From Armatimonadota bacterium (lineage in GTDB: Bacteria; Armatimonadota; SYMT01), in NCBI GenBank assembly GCA_046292385.1, contig JBKBRF010000020.1, positions 1 to 64,000 on the forward strand: a DNA stretch of 64,000 nt. Direction: 5' to 3'. How positions within the stretch are numbered: position 1 is the first letter of the stretch; each line of letters opens with the position of its first letter. The notes beneath the pieces are model-generated. The model did not search any database and had not been told where the DNA came from. It saw only the letters and a list, made by a program, of their open reading frames with translations. Of the stretch, positions 1-11,266 are shown in pieces. The translations under genes and the position numbers were made by a program.

Positions 1-5
1 CTTGA

Positions 6-272
6 GAAACCCGGCCCGCGCCGCTGGGGGGCGGCGCGCCGGAGATCTTCCGGAACACCGGTCTGCCGCGCGAGCTCGGCTTCGACGGGGAGACCTGGAC
101 CGCGCAGGAAGTGCGCCCCATTACGCAGGGCGCCACGACCCTTCGCAGCCTCGGCCCGGTGGCCGACGACGGCACCGAGCTGTTCGTCCGTCCGGAAGCG
201 GCCGAGCCGTATACGGAGCTGTTCGCGCCGGTGCCGGGTGAGACGGACCGGTACGTCCGCTACGTCCGGTAA
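6..272 (+). CDS. 3' end of an unknown protein (partial, frame +3; not in the ORF track)
   Basis: Frame +3 reads ETRPAPLGGGAPEIFRNTGLPRELGFDGETW...DRYVRYVR to TAA at 270-272 with typical GC3-rich codons, but an in-frame TGA sits at 3-5; G6 run at 26-31. Confidence 0.45.
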   Translation, partial: ETRPAPLGGGAPEIFRNTGLPRELGFDGETWTAQEVRPITQGATTLRSLGPVADDGTELFVRPEAAEPYTELFAPVPGETDRYVRYVR

Positions 273-287
273 CTGGGTTCCGTGTTC

Positions 288-372
288 GCAGGTTGACAGG
301 TTGCAGGTTTGCAGGTTGGGAACCCGGCTTCAGGGACCCGGCCTGGAACCTGCTAACCTGGAACCTGCAACC
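288..372. repeat. Inverted heptamer-repeat element (GCAGGTT)n...(AACCTGC)n, copy 1
   Basis: About four GCAGGTT-like units, a GGGAAC core, then about four AACCTGC-like units; between convergent genes; related copy at 55565-55654. Confidence 0.8.
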
Positions 373-378
373 GCGCTC

Positions 379-2691
379 TCAGGCGCGGGTTGACTTGGTC
401 GACGGGTCTGCCGGGGTGATGGTGCGGCGGGTCCGGCGGCGGGCGGCGGTGCTGGCGGGCTTGTCCGGCGGGCCGGGGCGGGTAACGGAGATGACGTCCG
501 GGATCGATCCGATCACCCGCATCACCTGGCGCAGCTCGTCCACGTTCTCGACATCGACCACCAGCTCCCACACGGCGCTCTTCCCGGGCCGGGTGCGGAT
601 CGAGGCCGACTCGATGTTCACCTTCCGCTCGCTGAAGGCACTCGAGACTTCCGCCATCACCCCCGTGCGGTCGAGCGTCTCGATCAACAGCGGCACCGAG
701 AGCTTCTCGTCCTTCTGGTGCACCCAGTCGACGTGCTGGATGCGGTCTGCCTCGTGGATCATCGCCTCGCGGATATTGGGGCAGCCCTCCCGGTGGATGG
801 TGATGCCTTTGCCGCGGGTGATGTAGCCGACCACCTCTTCGCCGGGCAGCGGCAGGCAGCAGCGAGAGCGCCGGATGTAGAGCCCGTCCATGCCGTCCGC
901 GGTGATGCGGAGGCGGGACTCTCCAAGCGGCCGCCCGGTGATGAGCTGCGATTTCGGCGCGTCCTGCGTCCGCAGCTTGTTCAGGACGTTGGAGGGGGCC
1001 ACGTAGCCGTGGCCGATCGCCGCGAGCAGGTCCTGCTCGTGACTGTAGTGCATCTCCTGCGCCAGCTTGAGCAGGTGGTCCGACTTCAGCACCTCGCGCG
1101 AGTCGACGCCGGTGCGCGCGCACTCCTTCTCCAGCAGCTCCCGGCCGCGCGCCACGTTCTCGGAGTGGCGCTGCTTGCGGAACCACGCGCGGATGCGGCT
1201 CTTGGCATGACTCGTCTTGACCAGGCTCAGCCAGTCGTAGCTCGGCTGGGCGCTGGGCCGGGTCATGATCTCCACGATGTCGCCGTTGCTGAAGCGGTAG
1301 CTGAGCGGCACCAGCTTGCCGTTCACGCGCGCGCCGGTGCAGCGGAGCCCGAGCTCGCTGTGGATGCGGAACGCGAAGTCGATCGGGCCGGAGTTGACCG
1401 GCAGGTCGATAACGTCGCCGCGCGGCGTGAAGACGAAGACCTGGTCCGTGAAGAGGTCGTCGACCACGGAGCGCAGGAACTCGGTGTCGGACGAGGAGTC
1501 GTGCTGCCAGTCGAAGAGCTGCTGCCGGAGCCAGGTGAGCTTTTCTTCGAAGCGCCGGTCCGGCCGGCCGCCCTCTTTGTAACTCCAGTGCGCCGCGATG
1601 CCGAAGTCGGCGGTGCGGTGCATCTCCCAGGTGCGGATCTGGATCTCGATCGGCTCTCCACGCGGCCCGATTACCTTGGTGTGGAGCGACTGGTACATGT
1701 TCGGCTTCGGACGCGCGATGTGGTCCGAGAAGAGCCCGGGGATCGGCAGCCACTCCGCGTGGACGAGACCGAGCACGTGATAGCACTCCGCGTGGGTGTT
1801 CACGATGACGCGGACCGCGGTGAGGTCGTAGAGCTCTTCCAGCCGCAGCTTCTGCTGGCTGATCTTGTTCCAGATGCTGTAGAGGTGCTTGGCGCGCCCT
1901 TGCACCTCCGCCTTGATCCCGTGCTCCGCCAGCCGCTCCTGCAGGAGCCGCCGCACCTCCGCCACGTCGGCCTCGCGCTCCGCCCGGGTGCGGGCCAGCG
2001 CGTCGGCGATCTTGTCGTGCTCCTCGCGGTTCGTGTACTTGAAGGAGAGGTCCTCGAGCTGCCACTTGAAGTGCCAGATCCCGAGGCGGTGGGCGAGCGG
2101 GGCGAAGATCTGCAGCGTCTCCTCCGCGATGCGCTTCTGGCGCTCCGGGTCGAGCCCGTCCAGCGTGCGCATGTTGTGGAGGCGGTCGGCGAGCTTGATG
2201 ATCATCACCCGCACGTCCCGCGCCATCGCGAGGAAGATCTTGCGGATGTTGGCGGCGCGCTCCTGGGCCTTGCCGGGAGCCACCGGCTCGTCCTCGTCCC
2301 GCTGTGCCTCCTCCAGCGCCCGGCGGAACAGCTCCGCCTGGGAGAGCTTGGTGACGCCGTCGACGAGCCGCTCCACCTCTTCGCCGAACTCGTCGCGGAT
2401 TACCTCCAGGTCGACACTGGTGTCTTCCACCACGTCGTGCAGCAGGCCGGCGACGATGGTGGGGAGGTCGGACTGGAGGTCGGCCAGGATCATGGCGACC
2501 TGCAGCGGGTGCTCGATATACGGCTCGCCGCGGTCCCGGAGCTGGCCTGCGTGCGCCCGCTCCGCGCGATCGTAGGCGCGGCAGACCATTCCCAGGTCGG
2601 CATCCGGCAGGTAGGTGCGGATGCGCTCCACCAGGGGATCGACGGTCGGAGCCGGTCTAACGATCGTCTCGCTCATTGCGGGCGCGGCCAT
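379..2691 (-). CDS. rel: Bifunctional (p)ppGpp synthetase/hydrolase, long RelA/SpoT homolog
   Basis: HD motif LLHDVVEDT, IKLADRLHNMRTL, synthetase GRAKHLYSI/YQSLHT/EIQIRT, TGS (VFTPRG...IDFAFRIHS), C-terminal CC and ACT domains. Start 2691 or 2676; the ORF track's longer N-terminus is a shadow of recJ. Confidence 0.96.
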   Translation of the reverse strand: MAAPAMSETIVRPAPTVDPLVERIRTYLPDADLGMVCRAYDRAERAHAGQLRDRGEPYIEHPLQVAMILADLQSDLPTIVAGLLHDVVEDTSVDLEVIRDEFGEEVERLVDGVTKLSQAELFRRALEEAQRDEDEPVAPGKAQERAANIRKIFLAMARDVRVMIIKLADRLHNMRTLDGLDPERQKRIAEETLQIFAPLAHRLGIWHFKWQLEDLSFKYTNREEHDKIADALARTRAEREADVAEVRRLLQERLAEHGIKAEVQGRAKHLYSIWNKISQQKLRLEELYDLTAVRVIVNTHAECYHVLGLVHAEWLPIPGLFSDHIARPKPNMYQSLHTKVIGPRGEPIEIQIRTWEMHRTADFGIAAHWSYKEGGRPDRRFEEKLTWLRQQLFDWQHDSSSDTEFLRSVVDDLFTDQVFVFTPRGDVIDLPVNSGPIDFAFRIHSELGLRCTGARVNGKLVPLSYRFSNGDIVEIMTRPSAQPSYDWLSLVKTSHAKSRIRAWFRKQRHSENVARGRELLEKECARTGVDSREVLKSDHLLKLAQEMHYSHEQDLLAAIGHGYVAPSNVLNKLRTQDAPKSQLITGRPLGESRLRITADGMDGLYIRRSRCCLPLPGEEVVGYITRGKGITIHREGCPNIREAMIHEADRIQHVDWVHQKDEKLSVPLLIETLDRTGVMAEVSSAFSERKVNIESASIRTRPGKSAVWELVVDVENVDELRQVMRVIGSIPDVISVTRPGPPDKPASTAARRRTRRTITPADPSTKSTRA

Positions 2692-2798
2692 TCCTTCACC
2701 ACGGGGACTACGCAGCAGGTCCAGCGTGCGGCTGTACCTATCTTCACATGCTACCCGGCTGAAAGAGGCAGTGCAACGGCGGGGGCTCAGGCCGGGGC

Positions 2799-4535
2799 TC
2801 AGGCCGGGGTGGAAGGACGCAGGTCGAGCAGCCGGAGCTGGAGAGACTGCGTGCCGCCGTACTGGTTCACTTCCAGCGCGTAGCAGGTGTCGATGCGGGT
2901 ATCGACCGGGCACTCGGTGGAGCGGAGCCAGTTGCGCCAGAAGACCGCCTCCAGGCCACGAGGGAGCGCCGGGTGCCGCAGGCGGAGCTTCAGGTGGTCG
3001 CGCTCCGCCCCCGCCTTGTTGGAGAGGCGGCGCTGCTCCAGCACGGAGAGCCCGCGGGAGACGAAGACCGGCTCCCGGTTGCCCTGGCCGTACGGCTCCA
3101 GCAAGGAGAGCTCTTTCACCAGCGGCAGGCTCAGGTCGGCCAGCGGGATCTCGGCGTCGATCCGCACACACGGCTGCAGCAGCTCTTCGTCGAGCCCCTC
3201 CACCGCCACTTCCTGCAGCTTCGCGCGCAGCTCCTCCAGCCGCTGCGGCTCGATCTCGAACCCGGCCGCCGCCTGGTGCCCGCCAAACCGGACCAGCAGC
3301 TCCCGGCACTGCTCCAGCGCCTGGAGGATGTGGAACCCCTCCACGCTGCGGCACGAGCCGCGGGCGGTGCCGGCCTCTTCGTCGATGGCAACCATCACCG
3401 TCGGCCGGCAGAGCGACTCCGCCACCTTGCTGGCGGCGATCCCGATAATCCCCGGATGCCACTTCGGGGAGCCGAGGACGAGAATGCGGTCGTCGACGTA
3501 GTGGCTTGCCTGGCGCATCGCGTCCTGCAAGAGCCGCTCCTGTTCCTGCTGCCGCTCTCGGTTGGCGTCGTCCAGCTTCTGCGCGAGCTCGGTCGCTTCC
3601 CGCTCGTCGCCCGTAAGGAGCAGCTTCAGCGCGTGCTCCGCGGCGTCGAGGCGGCCGATGGCGTTGATGCGAGGCGCCAGGACGAAGCCGAGACTGCGCG
3701 TGGAGACGGTGCGCGGCTCCTGGCCTGCCACGCGCATCAGCGCCTTCAGGCCGGCTTTGTTGGTGCTCCGGAGCACTTCCAGCCCGGCCTTCACCAGCAC
3801 GCGGTTCTCATCGACCAGCGGCATGCAGTCGGCACAGGTCGCCAGCGCTACCAGGTCGAGGAACGCGGTGCGGAAGGCGGGGCTCGTGACCCCCAGGTGC
3901 TGCACCAGCGCGGAAGTGAGCTTGTAGGCCACGCCGGTTCCGCACAGCTCCTGGAACGGGTAGGCGGAGCCGGGACACTTCGGGTTCACCACGGCAAGTG
4001 CCCGCGGCAGTCGCCCGCTCGGGTGCGGCTCGTGGTGGTCGGTGACGATCAGGTCGATCCCCAGTTCCCGCGCCGCCTCCGCGGACTCAAAGGCCAGGAT
4101 GCCGCAGTCGACCGTCACGATCACCTTCACGCCGTCGGCCGCGGCCCGACGCACCGTCTCCACCTGGAGGTCGTAGCCGTCGACCCGCCGGTGCGGCACG
4201 AAGACCTCGACGTTTCCCTTGAGCACGCGCAGCACCCGGGTGGTGAGTGCCGCCGCGCAGACGCCGTCGACGTCGTAATCGCCGTGGACCAGGATCTTCT
4301 CGCCCGCGCGGATCGCTTCCGCCAGCCGCTCCACGGCGGGGCGGGCGTCCGGAAGCAGGAACGGGTCGTGCAGGTGCTCCAGCGAGGGATGGAGGAAGCG
4401 CGCGCCCTCGTCCACGGACGAGACCCCGCGGGACCGCAGCAGGCAGCCGACGAGCGGATGCACGCTCAGTGAGCGCGAAAAAGAGTCCGCGTCGGCGGAC
4501 GGGGGATCGGGTAGGAGCCAGCGCTTGGGAGGCAT
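2799..4535 (-). CDS. recJ: Single-stranded-DNA exonuclease RecJ
   Basis: GDYDVDG, TVDCG, TDHH, DLVALAT.AD, PRINAIGRL, GSCRS, GGHQAAAG, LEPYGQGN. Confidence 0.96.
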   Translation of the reverse strand: MPPKRWLLPDPPSADADSFSRSLSVHPLVGCLLRSRGVSSVDEGARFLHPSLEHLHDPFLLPDARPAVERLAEAIRAGEKILVHGDYDVDGVCAAALTTRVLRVLKGNVEVFVPHRRVDGYDLQVETVRRAAADGVKVIVTVDCGILAFESAEAARELGIDLIVTDHHEPHPSGRLPRALAVVNPKCPGSAYPFQELCGTGVAYKLTSALVQHLGVTSPAFRTAFLDLVALATCADCMPLVDENRVLVKAGLEVLRSTNKAGLKALMRVAGQEPRTVSTRSLGFVLAPRINAIGRLDAAEHALKLLLTGDEREATELAQKLDDANRERQQEQERLLQDAMRQASHYVDDRILVLGSPKWHPGIIGIAASKVAESLCRPTVMVAIDEEAGTARGSCRSVEGFHILQALEQCRELLVRFGGHQAAAGFEIEPQRLEELRAKLQEVAVEGLDEELLQPCVRIDAEIPLADLSLPLVKELSLLEPYGQGNREPVFVSRGLSVLEQRRLSNKAGAERDHLKLRLRHPALPRGLEAVFWRNWLRSTECPVDTRIDTCYALEVNQYGGTQSLQLRLLDLRPSTPA

Positions 4536-4550
4536 GGGCGAGGATAGGGC

Positions 4551-4580
4551 ATTATACCGCCCAGCCGGGGAGGGGAGCAA
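4551..4580 (-). promoter_or_regulatory. Putative sigma70 promoter for recJ
   Basis: TTGCTC (4580-4575), 18 nt, TATAAT (4556-4551); implies a very short 5' UTR. Confidence 0.55.
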
Positions 4581-4599
4581 AGGGATTCCGAACCGTGTC

Positions 4600-4892
4600 T
4601 CACCACAGAGCACACAGAGGGCACAGAGAGGAACCAGGGGGAGAGTTGCTCCGCTTCACGTATGCCGTAATGCGGCCCCGCACCGAACCTGTTTCACCGC
4701 AGAGGACGCGGAGAGCGCAGAGGGGACGCAGAGGGGAACCAGAGGAGGAGCGGGAGGGGCCCGGTCCTTCTCACGAGTTTCGTGCTGCGGCCCGGAGTTT
4801 CTCCTTCTGGTTTCCCTCTCTGCGTCCTCTGCGCTCTCTGCGGTGAATTCCCGTTCGGTTCCTCTCTGTGTCCTCGGTGCGCTCTGTGGTGA
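4600..4892. repeat. Nested inverted-repeat element of CAGAG-rich ~9-mer units
   Basis: Outer arms 4600-4635 and 4857-4892 match 33/36 as reverse complements; inner arms 4693-4747 and 4801-4847 (TTCACCGCAGAG...CTCTGCGGTGAA). Confidence 0.9.
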
Positions 4893-4916
4893 ATCAGATC
4901 CGGAGAGCCTGCGTCT

Positions 4917-7769
4917 CTACAGCCGGCGCTTGCGGCGCGGCTTGACCTGGCCGGGGCGGCCGCCGCGCTCGGTTTCCGGGTGCTCCCCGCCGTCGGCCGG
5001 CTCTTCCAGGTCGGCCGCGGAGGCGGTGGGGCGGGTGGGGCGCTCGGTGGTGGCTACCCCGCGGCCCGGCTGCGCCTCGCGGCGCGGGGCGGCGGGCGTG
5101 CCGGCGGCAGCGGGCGTCTCCCGGCGAGTGCGGGTGGGGGTCGGAGTGCCCTCGGCAGCCCGTCCGGCGGTGGCGCGCTCAAGGAGCACCACCATCGGAG
5201 CCGCGAGGAAGATCGAGGAGTAGCTTCCGACCAACATACCGATCAACAGCGCGATGTTGAAGAGCCGGATCGACTCACCGCCGAAGAACACCATCGCGGC
5301 GATCACCATGATCACCGTGAGGTTCGTGTTGATGGAGCGGTCGAACGTCTCCGTAATCGCCTTGTCGCTCACGTCGGCGAAGGTCTCGCCTCGGGCACGG
5401 TGGACCAGGTTCTCCCGGACCCGGTCGTAGACGACGATCGTGTCGTTGATCGAGAAGCCGAGGATCGCGAGCGCCGCGGTGACGAAGAGGCTGTCCACGC
5501 GCCAGTCGGCGAGCCAGCCCATCAGCGCGAAGACGCCCACGACGATACCGACGTCGTGAACCAGCGCGACGATGGCCGCGGTCGCGAACTTCAGACCGGT
5601 CATGAAACCGCCGATAGCGAACCGGAACGCCAGGTAGAGCATGATGGCGAGCGACGCCACCAGTACGGAGGAGAACGCGTTGAGCGTAATCTCCCTCGCG
5701 ACCGACGGTCCGACCGAGTTGACCTGGTACATCGGCGCCACCAGGCCGCCGCCGAGCTTATCCAGCTCCGTCCTCAGCTTCGCCAGGGTCTCCTGGTTCG
5801 ACTTGAGGTCGCGCGAGGAGATCAGCGCCACCTGCAGCGCGTTCGTACCCTCATGCGGAACCACGTTCACCGTCACCTGTGGACTGGTCAGACCGAGCCG
5901 CTGGACGGCGCTGCGGATCTCGGCTTCGGGCACTGCGCCGGCGTACCTTGCTGTAACGGTGATCCCCTGGCCTTCGGTCTGGTACTGGAACGCGTCCGCG
6001 TCGAACGACTGGTCGAGGTTCGCCAGCGCCTCCCGGATCCGGTTTTCGGTGGTCAGGTCGGCGCCCGTCGCCTTCACCGTCACGTTGGTGAACGGCACTT
6101 CGGACTGGGCGATGCTCACGGTGGCGTCCTGTACGCCCGCGGCGCGGACCGCGCTCTCCACCTGCTCGCGGGTCACGCCCGGCTGCTGGAAGGCGGCCTC
6201 GACGGTGGTGCCGCCGGTGAAATCGATGCCCGGCTGCAGACCCTTGCCGGCGAACGTCATCAAGGTGAAGACCAGCGCCAGCACGCCCATCAGGATGCTG
6301 AGCCCGAAATAGATCTTGCGCTTGTCATAGACCCGCAGCGGGACCCCGCGACGGGCGGCCGGGAAGAAGAGCCCGAGCCAGCTCACTCCGAGACCGTAGA
6401 GCGCCGGGTTGCGGGCCCACGCCATCGACTGCACGGCGTAAAGGAGGGTGCGCGTGACGGTGATGGCGGTAAACATCGAGACCGCCACGCCGATCGCGAG
6501 GGTGATCGCGAAGCCCTTGATGATCGGCGCACCGAGCCAGATCAGGATGGCGCAGACGATCCAGGTCGTCACGTTCGCGTCCAGAATGGAGGAGAAGGCG
6601 CGGCGGAAGCCGGCGTCTACCGCGGCTTGCATCGACTTGCCGGCGCGCAGCTCTTCCTTCAGGCGCTCGAAGATGAGGATGTTGGCGTCGACCGCCATGC
6701 CGACCGACAGGATGAAGCCGGTGATACCGGGCAGGTCGAGGACGATCGGCTCGATCCCCAGGAACGGGAAGCCCTTGAAGATCGAGAAGTTAATGGCGGC
6801 GTAGATGATGAGCGCGAGACAGGCGAGGAGCCCCGGCAGCCAGTAATACGCCAGCATGAAGAGGAGCACCAGCCCGAGGCCCGCCAGGCCGGCCCGGATG
6901 CTGCTATTCACCGACTCCTGCCCCAGCGTAGCCCCGATCTGCTGCGTCTCCGCCGCGGCCATCGGGATCGGCAGGGCGCCGGAGTTCAGCAGGTTCGCCA
7001 GGAGGCGGGCTTCCGCCATGTTGGCGAAGCCGCCGGAGATCTGGCCGCTGCCGCCGGTGATCGGCTCGTTGATGTTCGGCGCGGAGATGATCTGGTTGTC
7101 GAGGACGATCGCCAGGATCTCTCCGACGTTGTTCGTGGTGAACTCCCCGAAGATCCGGCCGCCCTCCGGCTTGAACTCGAAGGTGACTTCCGGCTCGCCG
7201 GTGGCCGGGCTGATCTGTGCCCGCGACTTCGCCTCGAGCTGGTCGCCCCGCATCAGGAGCTGGGACTGCTGGATCACCTCCGCCTGCTCGACCGGCTGAT
7301 TGGTGGCGGTGTCGGTGAAGGTGTAGTTGTCCGGCTGACCGGTGGCAGGATTGCCGGGGCTGAAGTCCATCCGGTACCGCGCGCCCGGGTTGCGGCGGGA
7401 CTGAACGTTGGTGAGGTGCCGGAACTCGAGCTGCGCGACGGTGGTGAGGTTCCGGAGCGCCTCTTCGGGATTCTTGGCCCCGGGGAGGGACACGACGATC
7501 TGGTCGTTGCCCTTGAGCCGGACCTCCGCGCCGGAGAGCCCGAAGGAGTTGACGCGGTTCTCCAGAACGTCCCGCACCGTCTCCATGGTCTCGGCGTTCA
7601 CCAGTCCGACCTGATCCGGCGTCATCTGTGCGCGGTTCGGCTCCAGGGTGACGCGCATGCCGCCCTGGAGGTCCAGCCCTCGACGAATCTCGTACTTCGG
7701 ATTGAGGCTGTACCAGATGGCGGCACCGGCGAGGGCCAGCAGCGCCAGAAGTGCGGCAACGTGTCTCAA
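4917..7769 (-). CDS. secDF: Fused protein translocase subunit SecDF
   Basis: GLDLQGG, GMAVDANILIFER (SecD half); GIDFTGG, GFSINDTIVVYDRVRE (SecF half); TTG start with AGGAG upstream. Confidence 0.96.
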   Translation of the reverse strand: MRHVAALLALLALAGAAIWYSLNPKYEIRRGLDLQGGMRVTLEPNRAQMTPDQVGLVNAETMETVRDVLENRVNSFGLSGAEVRLKGNDQIVVSLPGAKNPEEALRNLTTVAQLEFRHLTNVQSRRNPGARYRMDFSPGNPATGQPDNYTFTDTATNQPVEQAEVIQQSQLLMRGDQLEAKSRAQISPATGEPEVTFEFKPEGGRIFGEFTTNNVGEILAIVLDNQIISAPNINEPITGGSGQISGGFANMAEARLLANLLNSGALPIPMAAAETQQIGATLGQESVNSSIRAGLAGLGLVLLFMLAYYWLPGLLACLALIIYAAINFSIFKGFPFLGIEPIVLDLPGITGFILSVGMAVDANILIFERLKEELRAGKSMQAAVDAGFRRAFSSILDANVTTWIVCAILIWLGAPIIKGFAITLAIGVAVSMFTAITVTRTLLYAVQSMAWARNPALYGLGVSWLGLFFPAARRGVPLRVYDKRKIYFGLSILMGVLALVFTLMTFAGKGLQPGIDFTGGTTVEAAFQQPGVTREQVESAVRAAGVQDATVSIAQSEVPFTNVTVKATGADLTTENRIREALANLDQSFDADAFQYQTEGQGITVTARYAGAVPEAEIRSAVQRLGLTSPQVTVNVVPHEGTNALQVALISSRDLKSNQETLAKLRTELDKLGGGLVAPMYQVNSVGPSVAREITLNAFSSVLVASLAIMLYLAFRFAIGGFMTGLKFATAAIVALVHDVGIVVGVFALMGWLADWRVDSLFVTAALAILGFSINDTIVVYDRVRENLVHRARGETFADVSDKAITETFDRSINTNLTVIMVIAAMVFFGGESIRLFNIALLIGMLVGSYSSIFLAAPMVVLLERATAGRAAEGTPTPTRTRRETPAAAGTPAAPRREAQPGRGVATTERPTRPTASAADLEEPADGGEHPETERGGRPGQVKPRRKRRL

Positions 7770-7913
7770 AGCTCTCTCCTGCCTCTGGGATGGTCAGGTG
7801 CGGACCATCATCGGGGATCCTGAAGACGCGCCGGGCGGACCACAATGCCGGCGGGCGCGGAGGAGTCCAGGTACGCAAACAGGCGGGCGGACTACCCGCC
7901 CAAAGTCCGCGCA

Positions 7914-7942
7914 ATTATACTGGCGACCCCGGGGTGAGTCAA
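7914..7942 (-). promoter_or_regulatory. Sigma70 promoter for secDF
   Basis: TTGACT (7942-7937), 17 nt, TATAAT (7919-7914). Confidence 0.8.
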
Positions 7943-8089
7943 GACGCGCTGGGCGTAGCTCGGCCGTGGAGTGGGCGTAGTCGGCAGGCGGATTCTGCGG
8001 TGAGAAGGTGTGCCGGAATGGAGGCTTGAAGCTATGCTGACTCCGGTACGATAAGGCGGTAGCAGCGCGTAGGGAGCGGGAGGCATGGG

Positions 8090-8551
8090 GTGAGCAAGGG
8101 CTTGGGCGGAACCGGGGGGCGCGGTAAGGAGATCGCCACGCCTGAGCTCCGGCGGGCCTGGCAGGTGATGCTGCGTGCCGCGCTGGCGGGCGCCGGTACC
8201 GCGCTCCTGTGGCTGGCGCTGTCGCTATGGATGGCCGCCGATCCGAAGCTCCGACTGGCGATGGTGCTCTTCCAGGCCGGCTACCTGCTGCTCCGCAGCC
8301 TGATCGCCTACGGGGTCTACTTCCGCGTCCGCTGGGCCGCCTGGCTTGGCGGAGTCGTCTCCGGTATGACCGTGATCAGCGGCGCACTGAGCGTCCTGAC
8401 TGGGAACCTCAATCCCGCCTGGCAGGGGAACCAGGAGCTGTTCGTCAATCCGGCGTACGGCGTGGCGCTGAGCTGGGCCGACCTGCTCATCGACGGCGCG
8501 TTCCTGACCGGGATCTGGCTGGTGCGGCGCGCGCGCCGGGCGGGAGCCTAG
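8090..8551 (+). CDS. Hypothetical membrane protein (~4 TM)
   Basis: Hydrophobic helices; GGAGG upstream; 4 nt gap to the next gene. Confidence 0.7.
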   Translation: MSKGLGGTGGRGKEIATPELRRAWQVMLRAALAGAGTALLWLALSLWMAADPKLRLAMVLFQAGYLLLRSLIAYGVYFRVRWAAWLGGVVSGMTVISGALSVLTGNLNPAWQGNQELFVNPAYGVALSWADLLIDGAFLTGIWLVRRARRAGA

Positions 8552-8555
8552 CCCG

Positions 8556-9344
8556 GTGGCGATCGAGCTTGAATATGTCGTCGCGCTCCCGTGCCCGCCG
8601 AAGCGCCGCTTCGGGGTGGAGGGGCTGCGGGAGCGGCTGCGGCTGTGCCGTGAGGCGGGGGACGACGCGGAGAGCGCTCGCCGCGCCCTGGAGGCGGAGT
8701 TCGAGCTGCGGCCGCTAGCGTTTCACTGCGGGCGGTGCCCCGCCAACCACCTGGGCCAGGAATTCGGCTGTTACGGCGAGCTCTCGGAGCCGCTCAGCGC
8801 TCCTGCCGAGGAATGGCTCGCAGACTTACTGCCGCCTTCGCTCAAGACCCGCAAGTCTGATTCGGCCGAGCTGACGGCGCAGGTCGCCGCGGTGCGCCGG
8901 CTCATCGAGGCGTTCCGCGCGGAGGGGAGCGACCTGGAGCCGGTCGCCGCGCTCCGCGAGGCCGGCGTGCTGGAGCGTCCGCAGGGCGTGCAGCGCCGCT
9001 ACGGCTGGCTCTGGAGTCGGGTGGAGATCGGCACCGACCAGCTCCTGGCGCTGCTTCTGGGGAGGGATCAGGTCCTGCCGGCGGATGCCGAGCGCCTGCT
9101 GCGGGCCCTCGGCGCCTGGACCGACGGTCCGCGCGGTCCCGAAGGGCTGCCGGAAGCGGTGTTCACCCTTCCTCCGGATCCGGAGGACCCGGCCGACCTG
9201 GTCCAGCTCAAGCAGCTCTTCTACGCGCTGATCGTCGCGTGCAGCCTGGAGGTGGCCGTGGCGATCTCCCGCCGCGAGCTCCCCGCGCCCCGGGCACCGG
9301 GGCCGGTTCCCGCACCCTCCGACGCCGCGCTGCCGGTCGACTGA
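8556..9344 (+). CDS. Hypothetical protein with a possible metal-binding Cys cluster
   Basis: LPCPP, HCGRCPANH, FGCYG; coding-like codon bias. Confidence 0.7.
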   Translation: MAIELEYVVALPCPPKRRFGVEGLRERLRLCREAGDDAESARRALEAEFELRPLAFHCGRCPANHLGQEFGCYGELSEPLSAPAEEWLADLLPPSLKTRKSDSAELTAQVAAVRRLIEAFRAEGSDLEPVAALREAGVLERPQGVQRRYGWLWSRVEIGTDQLLALLLGRDQVLPADAERLLRALGAWTDGPRGPEGLPEAVFTLPPDPEDPADLVQLKQLFYALIVACSLEVAVAISRRELPAPRAPGPVPAPSDAALPVD

Positions 9345-9622
9345 CCGCTCCCACCACGCGTGTCTGCTCCCCTCGCTTCCGGGGTGCCGAACGGTGCCAC
9401 TCCCCCCACGCCAGGCACGGGAGGTTTGGCGGCTGTAGCAAGCAGGGTAGCTTACAGCGGCCTCCTCGAGCTTCACCGCGGCTGCTTTCAGCACGTACTC
9501 GCCGACGCTCGTTTGCCTCACACGGAACCAATTCCCGTGCGCGAGGAGGCATTCTCTGTGGGCACACGGCGGCTACGGGAGCGCCTGCGGATCACCAGCG
9601 GATGGAAAGGCAAGCAATCGAT

Positions 9623-10990
<1,368 letters not shown>

Positions 10991-11019
10991 TCCCCGTCCC
11001 GCATCTCTAGAGCCGAGCG

Positions 11020-11052
11020 ACCCGCCTTCCACCCTGGAAGGCGGGTTATTCT
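11020..11052. terminator. Hairpin between convergent transcripts (glf and the radical SAM operon)
   Basis: Perfect 12-bp stem ACCCGCCTTCCA / TGGAAGGCGGGT followed by TATTCT. Confidence 0.7.
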
Positions 11053-11065
11053 GTCTGGTCGGTGA

Positions 11066-11266
11066 TTACCCTCTCCAGATGAGCCGGCAGGCGAGAAACA
11101 CCCCAGCACAGGCGCCGAAAAGACCGAGGAGCAGTGCTGTTGGAAGACTCGCGTTCGGCAGCACGAGTACGATGCTGCAGCCGCCGATCGCACCGGTGAG
11201 CGCGACCATGGTGAAGAGCACCGCGCCCAGGCAGCCCCGAAGCAGCGGAAACAGTTTATCTCTCAC
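11066..11266 (-). CDS. Small membrane protein (66 aa) with a GAIGGC motif
   Basis: Two hydrophobic helices; GTG start overlaps the upstream TGA (GTGA). Confidence 0.6.
   Translation of the reverse strand: MRDKLFPLLRGCLGAVLFTMVALTGAIGGCSIVLVLPNASLPTALLLGLFGACAGVFLACRLIWRG

Noticed and set aside
3..5. In-frame TGA as selenocysteine
   Set aside because: No supporting redox motif or evident SECIS, and upstream context is missing.
2782..2809. 12-bp tandem duplication GGGGCTCAGGCC at the recJ stop
   Set aside because: Only two units; likely local slippage without evident function.
9345..9620. Possible structured RNA upstream of glf
   Set aside because: Only a weak hairpin (about 9430-9462); no recognisable RNA family motif.
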